Positions 12,471-24,600 of a stretch of DNA of 64,000 nt are shown piece by piece (the first letter of the stretch is position 1; every line of letters begins with the position of its first letter). Below the pieces are notes generated by a model that made no database searches, was not told where the DNA came from, and saw only the letters and a list, made by a program, of their open reading frames with translations. The stretch is from Guillardia theta CCMP2712. Taxonomy: Eukaryota > Protista > Cryptophyta. The DNA lies in the NCBI RefSeq assembly GCF_000315625.1, contig NW_005434637.1:254495-318494 (forward strand). Reading direction: 5' to 3'. A program made the position numbers and the translations under genes.

Positions 12471-12891
12471 CTATTTCAAGGACGCCCTTTGAACACTATC
12501 AATTTTCTCATCTGTTGGGATCCCTATCCTGAATTTACGTTTATCGTGGTCTTCGAACAGAACATACTTGCCCTTGCACGGCATGTTATTTCGAAACTCA
12601 GCCATTCTGCGGGGGCCTTCTGATATTTCTTCTCTAAGAAGTCTGTTGTCTCTCTTATTTGAATCCTCTGTGCAATTTTCGTCTTCTCCTCCCCTTGTAT
12701 CTCTACATGTGACTCTGAAGATGAGCACAACTCTAATGCACCCTCCTCTCAACAGAGCTTCCTTGTGGTTGCCTGTTTCGTCTCCCTTTCTCCCCTCACA
12801 TCTTCTCCTTGTTTCCCATCAACTCGCCCTCCACCACCACCACCTCCTCCTCCTCCTCCTCCTCCTGCGCATTCCGCACCTGTCATCGCCA
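12471..12891 (-). CDS. Possible small hypothetical gene, or 5' exons of the neighbouring PDZ gene
   Basis: Charged open frames flanked by plausible splice sites. No recognisable domain and the frame is ambiguous. Confidence 0.25.
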
Positions 12892-13485
12892 TTCGGACTC
12901 GGATCTTCAAAGAGTACCCCCACCCCACCCTATTTCATCCTATTGAAAGCCTACGCAAGGCCACCCACCCCTTGTACCTGTCCGTTTCCTACTGCTCATC
13001 CGATGTTTCTAAGACCTGGGTCTTACCTGAGACTACGGGAGTTGTCATAGAGAGGTGGATATACACTGGTCCTAGTTAGAGTAGTCCTACCGCGATCGTC
13101 CCTGCATGCAGGGCAAGGCCACGATGAAAGAGGAAGGGAGGAGCAGGAGGAGGACGGGGAGGATAAGGAGGATGGAGAGAGTTGTAGGAGACAATTTTGA
13201 TCCGGAAAGAGCAACAAGTCAGGCGAGATGGAAGGAGATGTCAAGGAAAGGGCAAGTAAAGTTTGAGGCAAGACAAGACCATAGCAGACTGGGGGCCGAC
13301 GTTTGTGATGGCGTTGACAGCAGAGAGTTCGGGGAGAGAAGTTGAGGATCAGAAGTGAACTAGAAGCAATCTTGTGATCAGAAAGGTTGAGGGATACAGG
13401 GACAAGGCGGGATAACAGCTTGCATTGGGGATTTCTGCGATTGTTGCAGGACTATTGACTCTGTTGCAGCAGGCAGGCAGGCGGG

Positions 13486-15122
13486 ATGGATGAGGCTCAT
13501 GAACTTGCCGCGAACCTAGAAGAACAGATTTTGTTGATGAATCGTGCAGCAAAGGAGGAGATCAACGCATTGACGATGGTCGCTCAGGACTATGTTGAAA
13601 ACGAACACTTGTGTGACACAATCGTGCGATCGATCGAAACTTGTGTTGAAAAAGCAGTCAATGACAAGAAATTGATTCCTTTGTACGTTATGGACTCAAT
13701 TCTTAAGAACGTCGGAGGAGTGTACAACAAGCTTATCTTGTTGAACCTGAATCAGACTCTATGCAACGCCTTTCAGCAATCGGACAACACCGTGAAGCAA
13801 AAGATGATCAAGCTACTGAACACGTAAACAGATGATGGATCGATGCCGCCTGCTGATCTCTTCCTAGGTGGTCCGATCAGAATATTTTTTCCAAGAGTGT
13901 TGTCGACAAGATTCGCCAAGGCATGATGAGCATTCTACAAACCCCTTCGATGCCTTCATGGAGGGACAAAAATAACCTGCAGCAACCAATGATGGTGCCG
14001 AATGGGTCGATGCACATGGTATAGAATCATAAATGACTTTCATGCTTGTGTGGTGTTAACCATGGTGACTCCAGCCGATGGGACGTAACTCCTTGCAGAT
14101 GGAACCGTCGTCTTCGTCAACGGGCAACATGGTATGCATGTTGCGAAGTAGTTGCATCAGCTCACGTCTTCTTGCTTCAGTTCTTGTATTCCGGCTCTGG
14201 TCATCCGTCAAAGACTGCATCTTTTGTGAATGATAATCCTCCCTATCTAAGCACTCGTGAACCATTCACTAGCTTTGGGCATCCTCAACTTAACTTGGGT
14301 CCTGTTCATGGTCAGTTTGGCCATAACGGATCGATGAACGTATTGCATGCAAACTTACTTCAAACCCGGTCCACCTCATGTTCTCTTGAGTATGCACAGA
14401 CGATACAGAATCCTGCCAGCTCTCAGCACTACGACGTGGGGGATATGTGCATTGCCAGCCATCCGCCATGCGCTTTGCTACAAAGTTCGCCGCCTATAAG
14501 ACACAAACGAAAGCTGTCTGCGAAGGATTTATCCAGGTATAAACCATTCCATTCTTTGTTTATCGAATGTATTTTGGCTTGTGAGACGGTTTGCATTTGG
14601 ATGTGCAACCTCCTCTGCCCTTTTCTGCCTCCTTTAATGATTGAATGTAGCATGGATGTCACGCATGTGATAAGCTCTCTGTATGAAGAAAAACCTTTCA
14701 CGTCAAAGATTGATGGGCGGAGATTCAAGAACAAAGAGGATCTAGATCGTCATCTTGACATGTTATTTGAGAGAAACCGTGCTAAGAAGGAGCGCTTTGG
14801 GAATCAAGAGCGGTTGTGGTTTCGGAACATTAGTGAGTGGTGTAGGGCAGAGGACATCTCCTCTTCGCGCACTCCCTTGAGAGACTTCAACAAGAGCAAG
14901 GACGGCATAGAGAAAGCAGCGGAGCCGATAAAATTGAATGTCGTGCAAGCAGACGATCTTGATGGGCTAGCCAAGTGTGCAGCTTGCAACGAGGTGCTCA
15001 AGAAGGAGTGGAGGGCCGACGAAGATAGGTGGGTACTGCATGGCGTCTACCGTATGAATGGGAACGGCGAGTTTGATGATCATGGGACCATTTTCGTCCA
15101 TCAAGGCTGCTTCCAGGGATAA
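13486..15122 (+). CDS. PCF11: Pre-mRNA cleavage/polyadenylation factor PCF11-like: CTD-interacting domain plus C-terminal zinc-finger region
   Basis: CID: KEEINALTMVAQD...KKLIPLYVMDSILKNVG...KMIKLLNT/W. C-terminus SLYEEKP..GRRF..LDRHLD..F..N, RLWF...EW, CAACNE...W..DEDRWV...VHQGC matches the Pcf11 Clp1-binding/zinc-finger region. Confidence 0.88.
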
Positions 15123-15522
15123 CCACAACGCTGTTCGCTTCCTTCGCCCTCTTTCCTCCTCCCGCTCCCTCGCTCCCCTTCTCCTGATCCCGACGAGCCT
15201 TCCTGGGATTTCTGCCTGAGACGTTCTCTTCTTCCTCAGGAAGAAAAGTCACCAGTTCTCTTCCTCCTAGGAGCTCTCCATTGTTCTTCCAGTAGCCCCT
15301 GCTGTCTCTTCCTTCCCCCACACCTTTCCCCTCGTCTCATTGATTCATCGCAATCGAAATCGGCGAGCGCATGCTTTGTTGCAGTCCCGGATGGTTGCGA
15401 GGCGGTTTCATGCGGACAAAGTGAGTCTCTTGCAATGTGAGATAGAGCAGGGAGACGTCCAGGAACATGATGGTGCTGGAGACACAGGAGGGGGAGCAGG
15501 AGGAATTTTGCCAGTCTTGTTA

Positions 15523-16933
15523 TCAGAACTTTAGTGGAATGAAACGGGTTGGACGACCGGAACTTGCGGACAGTAGGATATGACTCCTCGTCTTGACTGC
15601 CTTCCCTCCCTCTCCTCTGCCTCCTACTTCCCCTACTCCTCCTTGTTCCTCGTTCTCTCCCTCCGCCTTCCCTGATGCAATCGCCCAAGTCTCCAAAGCC
15701 ATCCGCATCCCTCGCTCCCATGCTCGACTCTGCCCTTCCAAAATCTTTTCCCGGTGCACCTGCTGAACATTTCATGGAGTAGCACAAAGACTAAGAATCG
15801 TGTCACCTCCCTCCTCTCTCCTCGCGTGCAGGAGCAAGCCAGTCTGCGGTACTCCTCCTCCCCTCGAGCCATCCCTGCGACCCCCTGCGAGCCGCCGAAG
15901 GCGACGAGGAAGGAGGCGCTGATGCGAGACATGAGCGACTCCTCAGGAGCAGACAGGAAGCAGAGGCCATGCTCGAGCACAAGCTTACTTGCCACTGGAT
16001 CTCTCTGTACATCGAAGTCACGAGGAGGAGGAGGAAGCAAGGGCATTGAGGACCAGGAGGATGTCGCTCCCTCCAAGAAGCTCCAGCACCGCGCTCGATG
16101 TCACCGCATGCTCCGTGAGGTTGCTGGAATGCCAGAGGACAAGCTCTCCTTGTCCCCGGGAGGAGAAGGCAGACTCAACCGGCTGCTTGCCCTGCCTGCC
16201 CGTCAACGAGGAAGCAGCTGAAAAGCATGCTTGTCCACCAGAGTGTCGGGGAGGACGAGATCAGCGCAAGATCGCAAGATGCTGCTCCACTGCTGCAGGG
16301 TCCTTGTCTGGATGGACGAGAGACTTCCGAGGAAGAGAAGCTTGCGCCGAGATGGAGCCTGGGGTCACAAACCTGAGTGAGGGAAGCAGAGGCGGCAAGT
16401 TGCTACTTGTGGAGTAGGAGGGGGAGAGGCGTCTCGAGTTTGTTCGATGTGAGGAGGCAGCGGAGGAGCCTTGAACAGGATCAACTTCTCTGTGAAACTC
16501 GCTGCAAACTCTGGTGGAGTTGCCACCCTGCGCTCGCGTTCAGGGTAGACGGGAATGAACAGGAAGAAGAGCAGGCGAAAGGGAAGACAAGTGAGAAGGG
16601 AAGACAAGTGAAATGGCAGATGAGATGAAGGGCAGGAGCAATCGTTATTTGAAGGGAGCTGGGCAGAACCAAAAACTGAGCCATGGCAGGAGAGCAGGAT
16701 GTGCAGAAGGAGGAGGAGGAGGAGGAGGAGGAGGAGGAGGATGGAAGTAGGAGGACAGGAGGAGGAGATTGCAAGGAAAGCGTAACGTCACCAGTCACTG
16801 GCTAGCATGGGTAACGATGAGCTTCTTGCTGTTGCCGGCCACCTCGACCCCCATCCTCGGACCTGTTGAAGCTGAGGTTACTGGAGGAGAAGGAGGAGAT
16901 CAAGGAGGGGGGAGGGAGGAGGAGGAAGAGGAG

Positions 16934-16965
<32 letters not shown>

Positions 16966-19634
16966 TGAAGGAGGAGGAGGAGGTGAAGGTGGAGGAGGTG
17001 GAGGAGGAGGAGGAAGAGGGACTGACTTGCAACATGGCGGGCTGGTGGGAGAGAACTTGGTCATGGATGCTCGAGACGACCTGATTGGAGGGTGAGGAGG
17101 ATGACGAAGAGAGAATGTAAGATCTCACGGCGTCGAAGTCCACGAGGACATGGAGCGAGTGGGAGTTGACCTGTGAGATGAACGAGAGAGGAGGAGGAGG
17201 ATTTGGAGGAGGAGGATGAGAATGAGGAGGAGCAGGGAGGAGGAGAATGTAAGAGAAGCTCGTGGGTGATTCGAGCAGGAACTTACTTGCTCCCCTATGG
17301 ACGAAGGTGTCGAACCGTGCGGGAAGAATTTGAAGCAGCACCTCCTGAATCCCTGGGGAAGGAGGCTGGACATGTAGTTGCTGATAGACATCAGGAAGAA
17401 GGAGAAGGAAACAGTTATTACATCGATCGTTGGGATTCTTGAATCTCGAAGACGACAATAGAAGTTCTTTCGGAATCATACCCCAGCAAGAGGGATATCA
17501 CTTGAGAAGGGACAGCATGCCATGCTGAAGCGATGTACCCAACTCTCATGTTGATCACAGGAAGTTTGAGGGCGACCTGAGAAAACCTGTGAGGAGATGG
17601 AAGGAGCAAGAAGCAGGAAGCAACCGAAGGCAGGGGAGAGGAGACGACAAGTTTGTTGTGCGCGTCAATGATGTCGTTCAGTAGAGGATGAGGAACGAAT
17701 CGAAGGCTCTGTAGAGGATGGATGGTGGTTCTGCCGATGGCAGTGAGCTGCTGGGCTATGCAGGCCATCGCCTTCTTCTCATTCTCCTCCCTCTCCTCGA
17801 ACAGCAGAGCGTTGTGCATAACCTCGACGAGGTTGTACCTTGCTTCACAATGACCTTCCTGTCGCCCCAGCAGATGTCTGTAGTTGCTTGCGCTCTCCAC
17901 TAACTTTCCTTGCAGGTTCAGGCACTTGCTCAGCAAGAACCTGGCGACGTCGTGATTGCCGTTCAGCTCGACAGCCTTCCTGTAGTGCTCGCAGGCCGTT
18001 CGTCCACCCTCCTCCTCTCCCTCCTCCTCCATCATCATCCCTAGCTTCACGTGCATCTCTGCGTTGTCCTGATCCAGCTGCAGGCCCAGCTCGAACTCTC
18101 TTATCGCTCCTGTCACGTTCCTCCTGTCAGCCCACAGAGCTGCGCCGAGAGCAAAATGGGCGGAAGCGGAGGGATGGCGGAGGAGGAGGAGGCGGTAGGA
18201 GCGCTCTGCAGCTGAAAACTTTCCCTCCTTCATCTGCACGTACGCCAGCTCGTCGAGGTCCTCCAGATTTCCTCTCACCTCACACGCTCTCTCTGCCATT
18301 TGCTGCGCCAGCTCCAACTTGCCGTCCTTGCTGGCCGAGCGAGAGAGGAGGAGGAGGACGGAGGCAGCGAAGTTCTGCATCTTGTCAATGGCGGTGGCTG
18401 TCAAGGTAGGGGAGGCAGATTCAGCAGCGACTATTGCCATCATTGCGTGCAGGTCTCCGAGCTCAATGCTTGCCAGCTTGCAAGCTTGCTTCACATGCTT
18501 CCACCTCCTCCGCTCGCGTCCTTCTCGTCCTGCATGACTTGCAAGCATGAAGTATGGGAACGAGCGGCGAGGAAAGAGGAGATGCATGCTCTGGCATGCA
18601 AGCAGTTGCGTCTGTGCAGCTTCTCCCATCAGACTCGCCAGTTCGTTGTAGAACTTGTGAGCTTGTAAACACTGCGACCCCTCACAATGAGTATAATCAT
18701 GACTCTGCGCATCCAGGAACATCTCAACATTGAGATGAAGTCTCCCTTGTTGATGGTCAGGAGGCTGATAGCTCAGCAACATGTACCAGGTCGCTCCCTC
18801 TGTTCCATTCAGCGCTATCCTATCCGTCAGTTCAATCACTCCTGCTCCTTTATGGAAGTCGATCGTGCCCACATGAGCGCTGGAGTTGTGTTCAGCAATC
18901 GGACAACCTTGCCGGAATCCAATCTTGTTCACCCTCACAGCACGAAGGTTCTTGCTATGCTTCACAGGGACTTCGTCCTGCATCTCCGAAATGCTCACAT
19001 GCAAGTTCAGGGCAGGAGCATGAGTGAAACTGCTCGATGGAACTGCAAACAGGACAGAAGACTGCTGAACAAACATGACGTCGCTTCCTCCTATGCCATG
19101 TGCTGCAGACTTGGTCAGAACGATCTTCATGAATGTTCTCGAGACAACTTCCGGCACATGATCTTGGTGCACCTTCAGGTACCATACCCGTGACTGCGCA
19201 TGACACACTGAGGTATGCAGGACCAGCTCGCTGCTGGCATGTGCGAGGACAGAAGGGTTTCCTCCTTCGATCTCCGAGGCATTCGTCCTCAGCCATACTG
19301 TCCTTTGACTCTTCAAGGGCTTGCAATGCTTCTCAGCACAGCCTGTGAACGAGATGAAAGCTTGCAGGAAATGAAAATCCTGCAGGTGCTCGAAGAGGTG
19401 TGCCATGCTACCCCTTACGACATGCTCCTCCTCGTCGTAGAGGGAGGAGACCGGGAGCTGAACATGTACATCTCCTTGATCAACTACTTCAATCTCAGCT
19501 ATCCTGGAATCTCCATGTTTCTTCCAGGCTTCTTTGGGCAGATTCTTCCAAATGTCGTTTGCTCCAAGAACACAGTGATGGATAACAATCAATGACGTGA
19601 TGCAACGAAGCTCGAATGTCCCGAAGGTGGGCAT
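15523..19634 (-). CDS. TPR + glycosyltransferase family 41 (OGT/SPINDLY-like) protein, divergent, with a long unique N-terminal region
   Basis: TPRs (AHFALGAAL, GLQLDQDNAEMHVKLG, AVELNGNHDVARFLL), then MRVGYI, LHVLVDFD, FTEKLIL, TLQQWSSIL, SDILL, SLMSRISASFLVAFG..ARGEEEYRRLA, WERGMRMALETW..HIL. This is the motif order of GT41 catalytic domains. Confidence 0.8.
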
Positions 19635-20063
19635 AACTGACTGCGCTGATAGAGATGGACTAACTTATGTACATTCAAGCTTCAACGAGTGGGCAAGAAG
19701 CTCATCTCGCTTCATCTCCCGTTCACTTCTCGTTGTCGTGCTCTCTCCACCTTTCTTCTTGCCTGCAGCATTCTCCTTACCTGCTCCCCTCCCGTCTCCT
19801 CCCCTCTCCTTTCCTCCCCTCCCCTCCTCTCTCCTCCCCTCCTCTCCTCTCCTCTCCTCTCCTCTCCTCTCCCCTCTCCTTTCCTCTCCTCTGGCCTCTT
19901 CTCATCTCCTCCTCACGCCTCTCCGCTCTCCGCTCCCCTCTCTCCTCCATTCATCCATATTTTCGCCATCATCGGTTTTCTCCCACTTGCGTCTCCCCCT
20001 TCAGATCAGTATTTTACACGCCGAACCCGCCTCAAGGTTTTCACGGACTGCCTCGATTCAGCC

Positions 20064-20629
20064 ATGGCGCGAATGCGAACAATGCTGTTTGTGTTGTTGT
20101 TGGTTGGGGAACAATGGCAGAAGGAAGTAGAGGGAATGGGAGGTATATTTACCTCCTCCTTTTCTATCTCCACTCAATCTCCTCTCCCTCCTCTCTTCTT
20201 CTCTTCCCTCCTCTCCCTCCTCTTCTCCAGTCTTTCCATCAGTCCTCTTGCATCCTTTCGTCGTCATATCCTCCTTTCACCTCCTCCGCTGCAGCAGATG
20301 CATCACCATGTTCTTTCTTCATTATCGTCTCGTTCATTCACTCACAATCATCATTCTGCTCGCTTCCTGGTCTTATTCCTTCGCCTCATCGTCTTGACTT
20401 AGCCATTTGAGCTCCAGTTTCTTTCCGATTTGACCATGGCATGTGCCATGAAACGCTGATGGTGACTGAGAAGGGGAAGAAACTAACCAAGGTGCTGCGA
20501 TACATACATGTGGCTTCTGTTTGACGCGTAATGTCAGCTGGTGGGCGAAGACTATCAGAGCGCATTGCTCAGCCCAGTCATTCCTCCCGACAGCAGGAAA
20601 GGGGAGCAGGAGCAGGAGCAGGAGCAGGG

Positions 20630-20660
<31 letters not shown>

Positions 20661-20715
20661 TAGGAGCAGGGGCAGGGGCAGGGGCAGGGGCAATGGGCAG
20701 GGGCAGGAGCAGGAT

Positions 20716-20752
<37 letters not shown>

Positions 20753-21609
20753 AGACTTTCCTGGAATGATCGTCTCACAGGTCGTACGTCGAGTTCCATG
20801 TGCTGAAGAACCCGATGCCTCAATGCTTCATTGGGTTCGGTGTGTGCAAGGGAAATCACGAGTACAAGGAAGGGTGAGATGGAATGTACTGCCCTTCTGA
20901 TTGGGGTTGTATCCTTCGTCTTGAAACTCGCTCATATATGCTGCACTGTCCCATGGCTGTCATAGAAGTATCGTATACTGCTGCACAAGTTCCACTATCC
21001 GATGTCATCTTGACTTGACCGCTTCATTGCTCTCCCGCTCTTGTTTGACACACATCTCTCCCTTGTTAGGAGATCTGCCATGGCGGCTGAAGATGCCTGG
21101 ATGTTGTCAAGTCACAGGTACGATGAGCTGGGAAGACAAAGAGAGGAAGCTTACAGCTTGTTGGAAGTGGAAAAGCTTATAGCAACGGGGGAATGAGCAA
21201 GCAGTTTCTGCCTGGGATAGGAACGAAGCCCTACTGCCCAGGTCAAGACAGTCTGAGAGTACTGGCTGACTCAGCTGACGGATGGATAGGAGAAGAGCAC
21301 TTGGCTAAAGACAGCGTGAGGGTGAACGTAGGCGATAGGGTTAGACCCAACTCGTATAGTCTACATGCCTGAACGTTCATCAGCTTGGGCTGCTGGCGGA
21401 CATGCAGAAACATTCGCTCTACGTCTACGTCAACGGCGTCTGCCAGGTGAAAGCACAACAGCTCCCCTGCGTTGCTGAGTCGTTTGAAGGGAGAGATGTT
21501 CTCTGGGATACCTGACGGAGTGAGGTTCGTGGTGGACCTTGGGGACGAGGAACAGGAGGTAGAGATCCTTCCAACAGACATGCCGGGAGAAGAACTGTCG
21601 GAAGGGTAG
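20064..21609 (+). CDS. SPRY/B30.2-like domain protein (about 9 short exons), tentatively with a hydrophobic N-terminal leader
   Basis: Spliced exons: FFRFDHGMCHETLMVTEKGKKLTK / LVGEDYQSALLSPVIP / SYVEFHVL..FIGFGVC / AWMLSSH / GKAYSNG..PYCP / GDR / LGLLADMQKHSLYVYVNGVCQ / GEMFSGIPDGVRFVVDL...SEG*. Not shown as a long ORF in the track. Confidence 0.75.
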
Positions 21610-21695
21610 AGCGAGGGCTCTTGTGATGTGACATAGAGGGAGATAGGAGGCAACATTTACAACATTTCATTCTTAAGGTTAAATATTCAACAGAT

Positions 21696-24600
21696 CTAAG
21701 GCTTCTTGCGCACAAGACAAGCGACCGCAACCCACAACGAGGTGACTCGTCGAGGAAAGACTCTCACGTGGACTGCGATGGCGAACTGAGTGTCTTTCTC
21801 GTTGGCCTCTGCGGGTCCCACACGGTGGATGTTGGAGCTCTCGATCTCGTGGATGATTGGCTCGATGTCCGTGTAAGGACGGTTGATGTAGAACCCGATC
21901 ACCTCGTTCTGCTGCATGAAGCCCGACAGCTCAGCCTGCAGGTCCTCCTCAGTGAACGTCCCCTCGTAATTCGCCGCAATCTCCATCCGCTTCAGCACCC
22001 CCGAGAGCTTCTTGCTCAAGTTCGCAGCCTCGATCATCATCCTCCCGTCGTTGGCCCTCAGGGTCTCCAAGTGCCCGCGGATGTACTGCTCCACTTCCTT
22101 TCGAACTTCGTCTGCGTACGCGTCGTGTTTCTGCAAGGGTTTCCAGTCGATGCTTTCCTGGACGGTGTCCGCATGGAAGTTTTGGATAGGAAACTTGTCG
22201 TTGAACAGCGGCCTCCAAGCTGCAAACAAGTCAGAGGAGAAGAGATCAGACGAGCGATTTTACCTTTCGTGTCGGTCAGGTCGAATGAAGTGTAGCGAAT
22301 GTCTCTGGTCTGTTGTATGTTGCCCCAGATGTTGTGCTGGTCCACCACGAAGTGAATCTCCTTGAGAGTACAGTAAGGGTCCTTGGAGTGATAGACGGAT
22401 CCTTTCGACGCATTCCACAGGTAAATCTTCTCGCTGTCGTTCGGATCGGAGCCTATTGTCATGACATAGATCGTCTCGCCTTCGGGGATCCCATTCCCGA
22501 ATACCAGGTAGGCGCTTGCCTCCAACTTTGGGTTGTGTTTGAAAACATGTAAGAAGAAATTACACAGGAGCGAAGCGTGCTCCTCCCAGTCACCCGCCAT
22601 GATGTCGATGAACTCGGATGAGGTACACCAGACATTCAACGAGTCGATGTCGATGTCGTCGCCATGGTCTTCGAGGTGGAAGTCCTCAAGGAACGGAATC
22701 AGTGAGACGAACCTGAGCAGCTGCAGCATCTGCTCATGTACACCCAGCGATTTCTTCACAAGGTCGGGCGGCGGCTCCTGTATGCACAAGAAGCGGGTGC
22801 CCAGCACCCAATCACGTTGCAAGCTGCGCCACAGCGCCTCGAAGTTCCGATCGCGGTTGTATCCCTTGCACTCTAAGATCCAGTTCTTCACCCGCTGGTC
22901 CAACTTGGGCTGAGAAGGAAGCCTTCCTTCCACCTCCCGGTCGAGCGAGCCAGGGATGGACAAGGGCGGATCCAAGGCGATGCAAACCTGCAGGCTAGAC
23001 TTTCGATTCTCCTTTTCTTTGTTCTGGCCCTGAGATTCTCCTGCAGCCTCCTCTCCTTCCAGCCTCCCAGCCTTCAAGTTGCGGCGCTCCGCTCGAGTGT
23101 AGCCTATGATGTGCGGTGGTGCATCCAGCTCGAAGGTGCCATCAACCCGACCCTTTGCCGAGGCAATGTAGAGGGTGTTGAAAGGAAAGCTGATTGAGCC
23201 CAACCATCGTTTCTCCACCTTGCGGAGTTTCCCGTATTCCTTCTCTGACTCGTAGACCTTGGTGTCGAAAACTGTCAAGTACAGCTTGTCTTCGACTTTC
23301 ATTAGGTTGCTGGGACTCCAGTTATTGCTCGGCGGCTCGAACTTCAACTTTAACTTAGCGTTCCATGCTGGATTATTCCCTTTGAAGACTGTAGTGGTCT
23401 CCACTTGCTTACCAAATCTTGCCTCGACGACACATTCCAGCGGAGGAGCGATACTCTTCGAATCATTCGTATGCCTGATTGGAAGATTCTGGGCCCGCTG
23501 CACTGAAATACTAATGTAGCATTGTGACGGCGTTGCGATAGTGGCTGGCAGCTGTCCAACCTGCGGTCTCAATGCGCTCCTCTTACGCAACAAGTTTGTG
23601 ATGCCGGCAAGAATGTCTGGAACTCCAAAGTGTGGCAGTCTCGGCTGATGTACCACATCCTCATGCCTGTAAACTCTTCGCAGTCTTTGTCCTTGTCGGG
23701 CCTTTGCCTTGGACACCTGCTCTTGTACTTTCTCCTTGAATCTCATGATACGCTGAACCTTCTTTCGCTCTGACATCTTTTGGTCTGAATCTTCTGTTTG
23801 AGGAAACTCCAGGACATAGATCTTGTCGATAATGTCATCATCTGGAATATCACTCTCGAGCAGTGGAATACTAACAGCTGATAATTGATTCTGCCTGGTC
23901 ATCAGCAGCTTGTGTCGAACATTTGCTGGGCGTTTGATGAACTGTTCACCCACCCATCGATGAGAATGTACGCTATGCTCTTGCAGTCGAAGGTCAGGTA
24001 GCATGTTGTCGCCGACGTAGGTACTGTTAATCCAGCCATCAAATCTCACAGTGTGATTCGATTCCGTTTCCTTGCTTGCACTCAACAACTCTAACAAATT
24101 TCTGTTTCTGGGATCATTCGGATCCAATTCATTTGCTTCGACAAGCCGCTTCAACTTATTTACAGAAATCAACCCCTTTGCTTTCTTGGTCACATCACTC
24201 CTAGACCGTCTATTCAATCTGTTTGTTTCAAGAAGATTGTCTGACTCAATGTCTATCTTGACAGAATCTTCATCTGCATTGGAATCGAACTTTGAGACCC
24301 TGATGAAAACTTCTCCTGCATTGTAATGAAGTCCTGAGGGTCTGACAACGCGAGGCTCATTGATCTTCGTGGTCTGAGGCTCAATTTCAACACACCACGG
24401 TCTCTCTGACGGCACGGTAGCTTGAAACGTCAATGACAAGGAATTAGCATCATCAAAATCTTCTGCAACTGGAAGAAAGACTGAAGCAAATTCGGAAACA
24501 TTAGAAAATGTCCTTACACGTTCTAGGAATCCAGAATCCTCCAAAACGTGTATTGTCACCTCTGGCCTTTTGCTTGACATCAGTAGTCTTATTGTCTCAA

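Noticed and set aside
20590-20780. Possible non-canonical GA-AG intron in the SPRY gene
   Set aside because: Phase-compatible GC and GT donors exist within the adjacent repeat, so a GA donor is not required.
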